Source: Tubiluchus corallicola
Taxonomy: Eukaryota > Animalia > Priapulida
DNA length: 64,000 bases
Assembly (NCBI GenBank): GCA_030141605.1
Contig: JAQGDQ010000007.1
Span: 186,001 to 250,000 of the forward strand
Direction of reading: 5' to 3'
Under the pieces are notes generated by a model. The model did no database searches, was not told the DNA's origin, and saw only the letters and a program-made list of their open reading frames with translations. This document shows positions 12,101-26,300 of the stretch, in pieces. A program made the translations under genes and the position numbers. Positions within the stretch are counted from its first letter, which is position 1. Each line of letters opens with the position of its first letter.

Positions 12101-13453
12101 CATATGTAACGTAATGCCACATCAAAAAACACTTCGGTATTGTCAGTACTTGCTAAGATGCCAAATCATTTAGTTTTTATTACAATTTTAAGTCTGTTGA
12201 AAACTTAATTCTAACATTATTCTAAAAAACGGTTATGCTGCCAATCTAACCTTACTTTAGTGTTCATACATTAATGTTTATAACGTTAATGTGGAGTATG
12301 CTCGTTACAAAAACTGCCATGAAAGTATACCATTTATTTAAACCTGTTTTTCCATGGATTTCTGTGGTACATGTGTACTGATGTGTTGTAATTACTATTT
12401 TTATTAATAACCGTATATGTGGTGTTAATTCGCTGTGATTCACAAAAACTTAAATAATTATATATTTACCTATTACAGAATTATTTTATCGTAAGTATAT
12501 GAAGATTAAGTGTCACAATTATTTTGTGTCCACTTAGTCAATAAAGATATTCAAACCGAATTTCGTGTTGTTGTTTTTTTTCAGCTTATTTACACTGACG
12601 CAGCTAACTACTTTATGTTAATTGACAGCACTGGCATATTTTACACAAGTTACAACATCACTTCAGCACTCTACTTTACACACTCGTTAAGAGATGACGA
12701 TTAGCAGAAAACTTGGGAGTTCTCGATAAATTATTTAATAATAATAAGCGGCAGATAAAAAACTAAAGCAACTTTTAGTAATTCGTATCATCAATTTACT
12801 GTTATCTATTATAAACCAAAATAGATAAATCAAAAATAGTATTTTTTGCAAACCTAAATATGAGTAGCATGCATATCACAAATTTACACATCATTTTATA
12901 TTATAAACTGGTAGAATTCCTATCAAACGGCCTTATTTTCAGATCATAAAAATATGCAAATTTAGATATTAATCAAATTTTTACAAATATTGCACACTGC
13001 TAACATGGATTTGTGCTTAGCTACTAAATGTGTCACTGATCTGGCAATGGCAAAAATTTTCAGGACTGTAATAAGAATGCAACCCAAAAATGTTTATGGT
13101 CAAACTTCATTATAACACCCACCTTTATATTGCAACCTTAGCAAAACAAAATATATGTCATCTTTATAATGCCAGTCTTCAAAACAAAATATATGTATCT
13201 ACATAGCCACGTACGTATTAATGCACCTTTTTATAATGCCAAACTCACTATGATACCAACTGTTTTTGCAGTCAAAAAGTAGGTGGTATAAAAAAGTTTG
13301 ACAGTATTTGTATATATTAATCATGTGGTAACATTGTATTGTCATGTATTTAACACAGGAGTGCAAACATTTTTAACTTCCTTTGGGTGATGAATGGCTT
13401 TAGAACTGCATTTGTAATAATTACCAGAATTCAAACAATATTCAACATATTGT
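9106..13453. repeat. Tandem duplication of a ~2.18-kb non-coding segment (copies 9106-11276 and 11285-13453)
   Basis: Both copies begin TACTTATAAATATTACTTGTAAGAC and end ATTCAACATATTGT; offset 2179 nt. Roughly 15-20 substitutions or small indels seen by eye. The ORF track repeats the same spurious ORFs in both copies. Confidence 0.97.
10361..10400 (+). terminator. Likely polyadenylation site of cytochrome b561 (duplicated at 12540-12580)
   Basis: AATAAA at 10361-10366 followed ~20 nt later by GU/U-rich TTTCGTGTTGTTGTTTTTT. Confidence 0.5.
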
Positions 13454-14368
13454 TGCACTGGAAGTTTCATGTATAGAATGTCATTTAGAATTTGAATGCC
13501 AGTTTCTATGACAACATTTCACAATAAGCTACCATGTACAAACTTTCCATTAAATTTACTATATAGCTCTTCACCACTAAATTCCATCTAGCTACTTCCG
13601 GTTCTCAGAAATTAAATATTACAGTATAAAATTACAATCATAAACTCAATAAGAAAATATGCACCATTATAATTACGTATGTGTTGTCGAAATGAAACCT
13701 GTCATTATAAAGCAATTCATTATATTACATGGAAGGCTTCATAAATTCATAAAAAATTTCTTATGTGCATCGGAGATTTGTTAACCAGCATTTCAAAAAC
13801 CAATATAATCACAGAAGAAAAGCAGGCACATAGCAGATTAGATTACACTTGCAACATCTGCCCACTTGTGCACGCAAACATAAACTTGCAAAAAGTAATC
13901 AGCAAATAACATAACTAACATGTGTAAAAAAGATATAATATGACAACAAATAATATATATATATATATACAAGGTCTGTATAAGTTTTATTTAATCAGTT
14001 TAATCTACCTACATCAGACAAGAAAACATGCTTGGTTAATTGTGCACTAACAGAGCACAGATGTTGAACGAAAAGTATGCAGTCAAATGCATGGGCATCA
14101 CAAGCATGCAATTTATGTGTTATATCTGTTACATTTTTGATTCGTACAATTGAAGCAAAACAATGTAATTCACTCCAAAAGTAACATTTCAAAGTGAAAA
14201 GTAACATTAGACAACAGCATAAAGCAGCAAAACATAAAAAACAACAAAAACAAAAAAGTTATACATTACATGCTGTTGTTCTATGGATAATTATTGTGGA
14301 CGAATACTATTAATGATATGGTTAGCAGTGTCATTTCCTATCAGTTCTCAAACCGCCAAGATGGATCT

Positions 14369-17300
14369 TTAGCAAGCAGTCGTCTCTGGTTCATGCCACA
14401 CTCCACTGCGCCGGACTGATCGTCTCATTGCATCTGCGCGGCGATACGGTTGTGCCTTCAAATCTGAAAAACCAGAAAATGTGGTGAGAAAAGTTCATTT
14501 GCTAAAAAATCTTTACAAAGTGAAAAAGCTCAAAATAATCTATTTAGCAGAAATTTCTTTAGTGTCTCAGTGATCAATAGTTACAGTCAGTGTAAATGTT
14601 AACCAAACTCAATACAAATCAACAAAACAATGGCAAGCAATTGTTGTAGTATGAGAGGCAAATTAAATCGCAAATTTTCCCCAATAATATAGTCTTACTC
14701 AAAAGCTGAGTTTTATAGGAACAAGCTAATGCACTAAATAATCTTCTAGTGCATTGCAAGTATTGCAAGCATGACGATAATTGCTTACGTTAAGCAAGTT
14801 AGCTCTCAAAACTCAATTGTAACTTGAACTGCAGATGCTGGGATTGTTCTACCTCTCTAACATGGTAGATACTCAGCAGTTCAAGTTCAATTACAAGCCA
14901 CAACTGCTTTTGTAACCATTTTCTTAGTATAAGAAAGGAAACGAAATGTCATCTTACCATTGATGATGTCATCTACAGCTCCATGATACACATCCTCCTG
15001 AGATAGCAGTCTCTTCTCATTAACCTGCCGAGTTTTCTTCTTCAGCTCGTTAAGCAAAGCAGCCTGCTGCATCTTCTTGTTCACTCCGATATTCTGTTTC
15101 TGCTCACCTGGCACCTGCAAGTTCTGTTCATTTGCTGCCTCCTGGTGAGCAAAAAGATAAACAAAAATTGATACTACTTTTACAAATAACAATTACGAAA
15201 GTTGTAATTAAGATTCAGCAAAAAGTCGTCAGATTTCGTATTAAATATAAAATTAAACATAAAATGAAGTTCTTTAAATATCTGTATTTCCAAAGTTAGT
15301 TTACAAACCCTACAATTTATGTAGTGACAGTGGCGTAGCTACAGCTTGTGGGCAACCGTGGCAGCACTGGAGTCCGACGAAAATATTTATGTAGTAAAAT
15401 TTTAGAATTGTAAAATTTAGCAGTGTTACCTCGCAGTTGCGATAAGTTGCAGAGACAAATTCATAAAATAATAAAGTACTACTGAAAAAATGAAAAACTG
15501 GTTTGTGAAGAAATAAATTCACCCTATGTTTTAAAGCTCAAAAGCTACAAAGCTCAAAGGCTTCTTGAAACACTAATGCAGAAAGAAAAGTTACAATGGT
15601 ATTTGAAGACCATTTTGGACTCACAAGATGTCGGCTGTGCTTAACAGAGAATGTTGAGCATCGTAACAGTTCATTAGAGTCAAATGAAAGTTTATTGTCA
15701 TCAAAATATTCCAAAGATAAAGTTGAGATTAGTGATCGTAAATTAGTTAACAGATCAACTGCAAGTAATTATGCTAAAGAAATACATATAATTTCACATT
15801 ATGACGAATATATTCAAAAATTCATAAACTACACCACTGAATCGCAATCATTATAACCTAAATAGAACGGACTGCAATGACACCAGTGTTATAGAAACCA
15901 TACGGCAGCGATATATATGCAATATCGTTAAAAAGAGCAGGAAATCTTATGTAAATAATGCGTGATAAACTTCCAGCTACAAGCGTGATTATAAATGTAT
16001 TCTACAGTTAACTCAAAATGTGTACCATGCAGACACTTTGAAAATGAAAACAAACGATGTTAGAAATATTACAATGATATTAAACTACTAATTGTCATCT
16101 TCCTTTGTCAGGAGACACTGTAAGTAGTTACATTGAAAATTACATTGTAATGTGTTTTGCTTTTCCACTGTTCCAGCAGAATCGACTTGTTAGTGCCACT
16201 TGATCAAAATGCAAAATGATCTCTTCAGAAAAAAATCTGTACTTTTATAAGACAACACAAACAGTCAGCTGCTGTTATTGAAACAGTGACAAACAAATAG
16301 CTCTTGCAACACACAGACTCTTAAATGTTCACTGAAGTAAAAGGTTTATGCGGCAGCAAAAAGATGCTTTCTAAAAGCCAATTATTTAATGTTCTGTCAC
16401 CTAAGCATTAAAATTAAACATATTTAGTTTATTATTTATACATGTATTTGCAAAAAAAATGTTTTCTATCAATTACTCAAAACCAATTTTATCAAATGCT
16501 TTAGTTCTTTCTTGATGCAACACAATATTACGCAAAACAACTACCAACAATCTAATGAATAAAAAAATTCCAGGATTAAAAAAATGAGGACAACTAAAGA
16601 AAGGACACATCGTTTCAAACTACCTCTGTAAAGGTTTAGTTAACCTATTTCTTCTTCAGGTGTACAAAACAGGCAAGCAAAAAACTTCTACAGTGATAAT
16701 TTGAAACATCACGTCTTTTCTTTCTATTTCCTTGTTTGTCAAAATGTGCAACCTTTTCTATACATAGTCATTATTCTTATCATTACGCATTAATCTGTGT
16801 TAACCAGTAGTGTATTTGAATATACAAAAAAACTACTGGCAAAGTTACCTCCAGTTTCTTGCGCTGCATGTTGTCAGTATCGGCCTGCTTAAATGATCTG
16901 ACAAATCTCACAAAGAGAGAAAAGAATGACGTAGGTGGCATGGAGATAGCACTCTCACCAAAGAACTCCACGCAATCTTTGTATGCTTCCTATATACAAT
17001 GATAACAAGTTTCTTAGCAATTCCCCACCGTGATTAGACGCATCACCAAAATAATACTTCAATTTTTAAGATAATGACAAGAGAAAAATGTAAAGACAAC
17101 TAAAAAAGGGTATCGACCATCTTTTTAACAGCCAAATTGACTGTCACTTCATGAAAGACACAAAATCAATAAACATACATAATCTCACGTATGCGAATGA
17201 AGTTATGTTTTACTGTGACTGCTGCACCACCAAAATTGGCCAGCCCAAAGTGCCAGTAGCTCCCCATGCTATGCCAAGCAAAAGCCATCAAAATGACTCC

Positions 17301-20300
17301 AACATTATTTGTTGTTTTTGTAGCAGGCTATAACTTTCAGAGACTGAAATCATTTATTTTTTAAAGGAACATTTGGACTTTTTTGACCCACTACAACAAC
17401 GTCCAACATCTTGAAAAACTAAGAAAACAAAACGCTGTTGCACTTCTTGAGAAAGAAAACTAAAACCACAACTTAACAGCAGTTAACCATGATAAGCAAT
17501 CAGTTCTGACCTCAGCCATCTTTGCATCTTGCTTGAGTTTCTTTAACTTGTCTTGAGAATTATCTAAGAAATCTTTCAAGATCGAAAAGTCTCTAGTGTC
17601 CTTGTGCATCTGATATTCTCTATCGGTCACCTCCATCCCCTTGTCCAGCTCTCGGACATCGGCTAGCACGTTATCCAGCGAAACTAGTACACAAAAAAAA
17701 ATTATGAGAAAGGTATATTGAATAAAAAATTAGAACGAAGTAATTTCACATTTAATATGAAAACAAGAGCAAGAACTATATAACACTACTTAATGAATTA
17801 ACCAATGTAGTTGGTTTCCACTGTAAGAACATTTTATTTTGCACGACTCAATATACTTTACAATGCACAAATATTATTAAACAACTGATTATTGTACTGG
17901 ACACAAGCATATTCTAGGCTTCTATAATAACCATTTTCACTTTTCAGTTTACCTTGCGCTGCTTTCTCGATGAACCTCAGCTCCACGTCGAAGTTCATGA
18001 TGTCTGGAAACTTGTCGTTGACGGTTTGAACAATGAAATGGAGAAGTGTCATTTTTTTGTTCTGGGACTTAGTGTCCATCAGCTGAAAAAAATGTGTCAA
18101 ATATAAGTGAACGAATAATCTGTAAGCAAAACAAAACAGACTAGGCTAGCTAACAAATAGCAGGATTAGCTCATCTTAGGTAAAATAATTTATTCAAGTT
18201 TTGAACGTTCACAAACATCATCAGCTAAAAGCAATAAGTGCCTCACAATTTAACTCCTTGACAATGACTTGTTTGGGTTCAAGTGACTCTTTTCCTACTA
18301 TATTCATACTATACACAAAAAATGAGTATATATTTAGTGGAAATTCTTCAATTTCAGTGGTGGTTCATGTATAAGCACTGCAGAACTGCAGGACCCCCAT
18401 TTACACTTGATATTATCAATAACATTCAATATAATGGGTCTTTTTTCTTTAATTCTTTCTTTATACTTGTACATATTATCCTTAAGCTTACTGTCAGTAG
18501 CCATTCCCTAGTTCCTGAAAAAATTAGAAAAATCCTTGAATGTAACTGTTCGGCCATGCGCATGTCTGAGATCAGCAACTGCACACTAGGTAGAGAAAGC
18601 ATTGTCGCTCACGGAGTGTTGACTCTCTTGTGAAAATGTAAGGTAGGTTTTTTATTTACCAAGCTTATGTATAATTAGTTTTTATAAGTTTGTTTCATTT
18701 TACACAATACTAAAACAAAGGCTAAAGATTTACAGAAGCAGCATCTCCACTACTTTTAGCTACGAGTTGCCACTGATAAATTTACTTCGTTATAACCAAT
18801 TTTGCACAATTTAATAGACAAACTCAACTTTTTTGCCTCAGTTTACCAAACCCCAAATACCAAATACATTAGAGATAAGAAAACGCTTCTGGGAATGGAA
18901 AAAAGTAATGCAGTAAAAACCCTAGAAGACTTTCCAGGATTCTTCATTTCTTATTTACGCTAGACTAGTTACATAGCAAATACACAAAATTTACTACATC
19001 AGTTATAATACACTCTGCTGCTTCAGGTACAATGTCCATCGAAACTACGATAACCAAACAGCTGGGGGAATCAAACAGAATGCTTCTCATTAACACATAG
19101 GCATAGCAAATGCAAAGAATATCGTATTTAAAACCTAGACAGCTTAATTTGATGAAACAGAAACATTATGTCAGCAGCTAAAGAATTGGATATACCAAAA
19201 ATCATGCACTGGGCTACACCTCGGAGTCGAGCTACTGCCTTTATGTGGTCCATGATGACTAACCCTAACATCAAAGTAAGTTATTAATTATATAGAATCT
19301 TTAATCTAATATACACCATAATATTTCTGTTACATGTAATATGTCTAACGTCTGCATAATATGGCAGGACAGATGAATGGATGTATGATTTCCACAGCTA
19401 CAGCCACAACTTCAGTTTTTTTCATTCTTCTTTAGAACTCAGGCATCGTAGGAAGCTTATAGAACCTTGTCAATGTAACCAGTTTGTGCGTGCATGCTTG
19501 TGTGAATTGTGCCTGTGGACGTTTATGTTAGCCTGTAAGCAGTTTGTACAGCCAAACTTGTTCTCATGGACTTTTAGATCAATGTTTAAGCAATTTCAAC
19601 ATTTATGCATTTGGATGTTTGACATCTTACACTTACATAGAAGTCAGCCTGAAAGCAGTTTTTATGTGCAAGCTTGTGAACATAGCTGTTTAAATCAATG
19701 TCTAACCAGTTTACATGTGTACGTTTTGCGCGTGCACATTTAAATCAATGTATAGCCAGTTAACACGTATGTGCTTGTGAGCACGGACATTTATCTCAAT
19801 GCGTAACCAGTTTACATACCTATGTTTTGCGCACATGCACGTTTATATCAGTGTATGGCCAGTATACATGTCTATGTCTACTGACGTTTACAGCAATGCA
19901 TATGTTTGTGCATGTGCACGTTTATATCAATGTGTAACCAGTTTACATGTGTATGTTTTGCACGTGCACATTTAAATCAATGTATAACCAGTTAACACGA
20001 ATGTGCTTGTGAGCATGGACATTTATCTCAATGCGTAACCAGTTTACATACCTATGTTTTGTGCACATGCATGTTTATATCAATGTATGGCCAGTATACA
20101 TGTCTATGTCTATGGACGTTTACAGCAATACGTATGTTTGTGCATGTGCACGTTTATATCAATGTATAACCAATTTACATATGTACGTTTGTGCATGTGC
20201 ACGTTTATATCAATGTATAACCAGTTTACATGTGTACGTCTGTGCAAGTGGACCTTTATATCAATGTGCATATAATAATATAAATTTCAGGCTAACAAAT

Positions 20301-23300
20301 GCTACCAAACCATTTCCTAGACCATGTCCCTCTACTGAATAATGTTAATTCTACTGAATGCTGTAATCCAATGTTACATAATTAATAAGTTCGTAATTTT
20401 CTTACAGTGGAAACCAACTTCATTGAGAAAAAGTTAACTTAATAAGCACCAAAGCTCAAACAAAAACAAGTACAAGAACTTCAATGATATCAGTACTTTA
20501 AATGTTTGACAGGCTATCCTTGAACCTTATGGCCTGCCATATTATTTTGGGGCTGAGAGGATTAGCAGTCGCTACAATGACGACATTAAAAATAATACAA
20601 GTGGCTCACTGAGTAAATGGACTAGTCAAACATTCAAAGGAGTTAAAGCAACTTTGGAGGAAACTTATAATGGTAGATATTAATGTTCTAGTATGATATT
20701 GGTTTACAGTTCGGTAAAAAAGCAAGGGACGGTGTGAAAGAGAAGGAAAGTGTCAAAAAGAAAAATGTATGAGAAAAAAGAAAAGTAAGAGCGAAAGAGA
20801 GACAGGAGGAAGAGAAAACAGACACTATATCGCAGAAATGAAATGGTTGTTAAATAAGTCATATCATCTTTATAAGAAGAGAAGATGAAAAGTACTACTA
20901 ACATATGATCTGTAAATGTAAGACAGCACTCATCTGGTAACTATAGTTACCTTTTCAATTTATCTTCATTGTAGATAAGGAAGCTGTTTTTGCAAAGGAT
21001 TTGGCATATTTCATTTGGCAACATCCTAACAATGCTTCTCTACTGCCAGACGGATATATCCACGCTTTTCAAATAAGAGACCCAAGAAACGCCATTCCGT
21101 CACTATATAAAGTGTCTTTAAACAAGTCTGTATCTGGTAAGGTCATGCTTTCTTCCTTCTCATTACCACAAAGTATAATTCACAATCTGACCTTACTCAA
21201 CATAATTCACAATAACAGAAAGTCATTACTCACTGCACGACTGCGGTTATTCAACGTTGACCTAGCTAACAAATTTTTGTAGAATGCGTCTCAGTTGAGA
21301 ACACGATGCCCAGAACAAAAAAAGGTAATACATTTCACAGAAATATTATCTAAAAAACACTAAAAAATAATGTGGCTATTCATAATTACACAAGTCAATT
21401 TAGACTGGTTTGAGATGGTGTCACTTTGCAATCTGTCGTTTTTGTTGCGAGGACTCCTGCTACATTCAGCTTCTTTTTAATTACTACATTACGGAAGGTA
21501 TAAAAGCTGCTGGTAGTAGAGCACTGTGTATCATCTCATCATGAGTTTCCTTTCACTTTGTCAATTTACAGGCTGGGATTACTTTAATCCACAAGAAGCA
21601 GGATTTATGGAACTGAGGCAACTGTACGATTACGTGACAACAGTGTTGGGACAAGAAGCTATTGTAATTGATGGCGATGATCTTGCCAGACATCCAGGTA
21701 ATAGAATTTACCTACAGAAGCTGAACGGTTTTGCTATTAATTACTCACACAACAGAGTGTTATTAACTGCATATTGCAGAATGCAAACTCTTTTTTATAA
21801 TAGCTTTTAAATTTATTTTGCACTAAAATGCCAGTTTATTTTCAGAGAGACCTCTAATTTGGCAAAAATATGCCTTTTGTAGAATAATTACCTGTGCCCT
21901 TGGCATATTGTTGCTTTCATTCCTTTAAATAAAGCAAATAGCAAAATAAGTTCCTGGTTCATTTAGAGTCAATGATCAAACAATACTGCCAGAAGACAGG
22001 ACTACAATACTTGGACACAATGGTAGACTGGTCTCACAGTTCTATTCAAGACAAGTCTGTATTCACAGGCTGGGAGTCATGGCTTCAAGATATATTCAAT
22101 TCAACACACTTTATTCCACCATCCAATGAGAAACCAGTGTCAACTGATGGTTTACCAGAAATTGTTCAGCAATGTATTAATGATGCTTCACCTCATTATG
22201 AACACATGTATGCTAGACGTATACGACCCTGAAATTTGTGAATACTTTTCCTCGTAAAGCCATAATGTCTTGACGATGTTTGGCTACTGTATAAGCAAAT
22301 GCATGCTAACTGCCTGTGACCACAAATAAACAATTTTTTATTCATTTCACCAGTTATGTTAAGTCACACTTTGTTATTTGTAATGCAGCAATACTAATTG
22401 CAATATTGGAATCCTATTCACTTTCCAGGTCTAGTATTTACCACTATACATTCTAACAACAGTGGGAGCAAGCTGAAGTAAAAAAGTAAATGCTTAAACT
22501 GTCTGTTTGAGACTCAACAATGTACTATGAACAAAACTGATAAGCGTTTTTGTCCTATACGTTTTGTAAGACATCACAATGTTGTACTGATGGAGCATTA
22601 GTTTCATACAACCACTTGTTACAAATATTAGAATCTCGAATCACCTACCAAACTGTTAGATTATTTAGCCACCCGACATTACCAATTCTATTACTAATTG
22701 AATAATACAAGAGCAGACTTTACAGCAGCAAATCTATTTATGTTATAAACGAACAAGTAATCACCATTCTCTTATACAGTAGTCGCCGCTTAATAGACTC
22801 AATCGCTTATTGACTCAAAAACGGCTGGAACGGGCCACTTCTATTCAAATATACATAATAAAACTATCGGTAATTGACTCAAATAACTTCGCTTAATTGA
22901 CTCATATTTTTCCTTCACGTACTTAAAATAAGACATTTGTATGTCTCCAAACAGCCCTTCCTACTTTTATGTCATCTTGACTTCCCTTTGTGCATTACAT
23001 AAGAGGAAACAATCGGGTTAAGTACCGTTTTGTTTGTAAACAGGTACGTTTATCATACACTAATACGCCTGCGTAGCGCTTTTGCTTTGAATCTGTTACC
23101 CGCTCGCCCACTGCTATTAACCTCGTTACCCAAAGAATTTCTGGAAGCTAAACTTGCCTAGCGGTTTCCTTTTGATGCTCTACAACAGTAATATTACACC
23201 CATCGGTTAATAGGTTCAATCGGTTAATTGGGTCAAAACACGTCCGTCCCAAAGTGTCCGTCTATTAATCGGCGACTACTGTATATACGCACTAACCTGC

Positions 23301-26300
23301 CAGATAAACAGAACTGCAGTGAGAAGAGAACAAAGCATATAAGCTAAGTATATTTATGCCCGACTCTTGCAGCTATTGCAATTTATGTTACAAGGACAGA
23401 AAAAATATAATGTCCAAACTGTTATGCTTTTTACACAGATAGACATAATATGTGAAGCTCAACAAATTTACACTTGTTGCACAAATTCTCAGCTTTGCCC
23501 CAAAAGCAGAAATAAACTAGGATGCGAAGCTAATATGATCATTTTACTGACAAATGTCAGCTATCTTTGTTTTTTATGCTTCCTTTACTCTAAAATGAAA
23601 TTGTAACAGTCTTGGTTATTAAAAGGCGTGTAGCCATTACATGAACCAACTTTTTATATTGCTCTTACTGATGAAAGTTAAGACTAGTATGTATAAGTGT
23701 GGCACAATCGATGGAACGAGTAACAAAAATTTCAAGATGGTTCCTAGTAATAAAATGACGTTTGCTGTACATGATAAACTTGAAGAACGCTTACTTTCTC
23801 TCAGTGCTATAAAACTCAGAATAGCTTCATGGCGAGGTTCCACATCTGAGTCATTCCTCAAAGAGATGATCCAACTGCTGAGCAGTCTTCTCAATTTTAC
23901 TTATTCAAGAAAATTTTTGACGAACTGCCAGAAGAGATCCTACGAGTGGAGAGATAGATTTACTGTTTGGTATTGTCAATGTCATGAAAGAGAGAATGGA
24001 CTACATGACTTTCCTGCATCCCTTGGCTTATTCCTCTCAAGTCCTTGTCATTCTGAGATTGAACAATCAAGGTTTCAATCTGATGGGACCCATCAGCAGG
24101 CCTATATGGTTACTTCTGACAATCTACAGCACAGTAGTAGCACAGACTTAATGCATCCTCGACGACCATGAAAGAGGAACAATCATGGCTGAACAAACAG
24201 ACAAAAGCAACAAAGAAGATACATTCGATGATGCTCAACAGACTTTTGCTTTATTTCTCCGACAAGGGCGGACGTATCAATCTAACACTGTGTCCTTCAG
24301 AATGACTGTCACATAATGGTGACTCTTTGCAGTTATCGTGACAGCAACTTACACTGGAATATCAATAAGCATACTATTTGTGAGTAACCTGGTGCACCCA
24401 TTCCACTCTTTAAGGAGTTAGCAAACAGCAATATCACACGGGCGACTAAAGGAAACTTTGCCAACACTTTAATATTGAAGAGTAGCCCACTTCATTCGCA
24501 TTATGGAAAGTTATGGAAGAAAATGGAATTTAATAAGATAATACCAGCTGGCACGAGTATGACTGTCCTTGAAATGACAATGATTGGAAAAAATACTCTC
24601 CTTATTCAAAAATGTGGAACAAGCTTATTAATAATGAATGACTACAAAGTGCACGGAAAATACAGATTTTCATTTGCCCCCATCCCCAAACTCATTACGC
24701 TTACGGAGTCATTTGCCGTACCCAAAGGAAGCAGATACGAAGAAGGTTTGATCTATACTATGACGACATTGATGCAGACAGATCAGATAGATAGATGGCT
24801 AAACTCGTTGTTAAAGCTGGTGGAAACCTGTATCAGTGTTCCTGATCAAAGCGTCAAACATCGGTTGATTAAACTGCCATCACCATTAATCAGCTTAGTG
24901 TTGTACTCTGGGTTCTTACATTTAACCAACTGCAACTTGATTCAGCTTGATCATGCAAATGAGTATCTTCGTATATTTGACTGATTTTGTGGGATAGTTT
25001 AACAAAGATTGTTGCAAAACGAGCTCTAGTGAAAAATGTTTCTGATTGATGTGATTAGCTGCATGGAAATAGTAAAGATGTTCCACCACAAAAAATTATA
25101 CAGGTATTGCTGAATCATTCCTCAAACAATACTGCCAGAAATTAATAAACTACAATATATGAAAGCAAGTTGGCTGGTCTGGCTGCCCTAATGAAAACAT
25201 GTTTGTTTTTGAAAATTTGTAATTGTGACTTCAGGACTTGCTAAATTTAATGCATTTTTATTCCACCATTAACTTAAGGCCAGTACAGCAGACAATTTTT
25301 GAAATTCTATACAGCGACATGTTGATGAATCTTCAAGTACAACAATTGTAACTAATCACCTCTAGTTACAAGATGGTTACATAAAAAACCAATTGATTTT
25401 AAGTGGGGTTATGAAGTAAGTGACTTTTATAACGTTAAAAATGAGATGAAACTGGGACACTGTTGTCACCTATTTTATTTGCAGTTTACATGGATGATGT
25501 TATAACGGTTAGGACGCCACATGGGATCGTATTTTATAAGTTGTTTTTTAGCGCAAATGACTTAACACTGTTAATACCACATGTCACTACACTAAATACA
25601 ATGATTAGAATTTGTCAAGAGTACACTGATGAATATAATGTTTAGGAACGTGGAACATGATTTACTGTTCATGCATATTCTATAGGTTCTTTTTTACTAG
25701 TATTTTTGTTGTGTGATTGTGTTTTTAGCTGTGTCTACATATTTGAAAATATTGCGTGTAAATAAATATATTATTATATGTCGACCACATTCAATCTTAA
25801 AACTTGTTACATGTGTTTAACACATTTTACCAATTTTCAAAACTGTGGATCATCCTAGGCTACATTGCAAGATGGCTGTGTCATATATTTTGATATATAT
25901 GTATCCTCATTAACACTGTCTTATACATATATATATTAGCCCTATACCTCAGCCACCACATCAGAACAGAGCATGTGCATATGTGGCATCATTTATTTCG
26001 ACTGCTAAGTCTAGGTACAGTGTACAGTCCACAATACAGGCCTAAAATAATGTTCAGAAATATTTTACAATGATTAATAATAATAAGACAAACTGCTCCC
26101 ATCACATCACATCACATCACATCACATCACATTGGATCAGATGTGGGCATATGGGAGTTCTGCGATCTCTGCTCTTCAGTATACTCGAAACTACAAGACC
26201 TGTAATAGCACTGCAATTGCTACTCTACATATAATGGTACAATTTGTGATTTGTTTAAACCAGATTTGAATGTAGCTAAGGAAAGTGACAGCACCACTGT

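Noticed and set aside
9118-12704. Pairs of near-identical 61-73-aa ORFs in the ORF track
   Set aside because: They are by-products of the tandem duplication of AT-rich UTR sequence, with no recognisable domain or splice structure.
19381-20342. Cys-rich ORFs of 73-120 aa with repeated [11 protein letters not shown]
   Set aside because: Translations of the intronic minisatellite.
24314-24322. In-frame TGA in the IR-like sequence as selenocysteine or readthrough
   Set aside because: The TGA replaces a conserved Trp, sits next to a TAA, and the locus also has frameshifts; ordinary pseudogene decay explains it.
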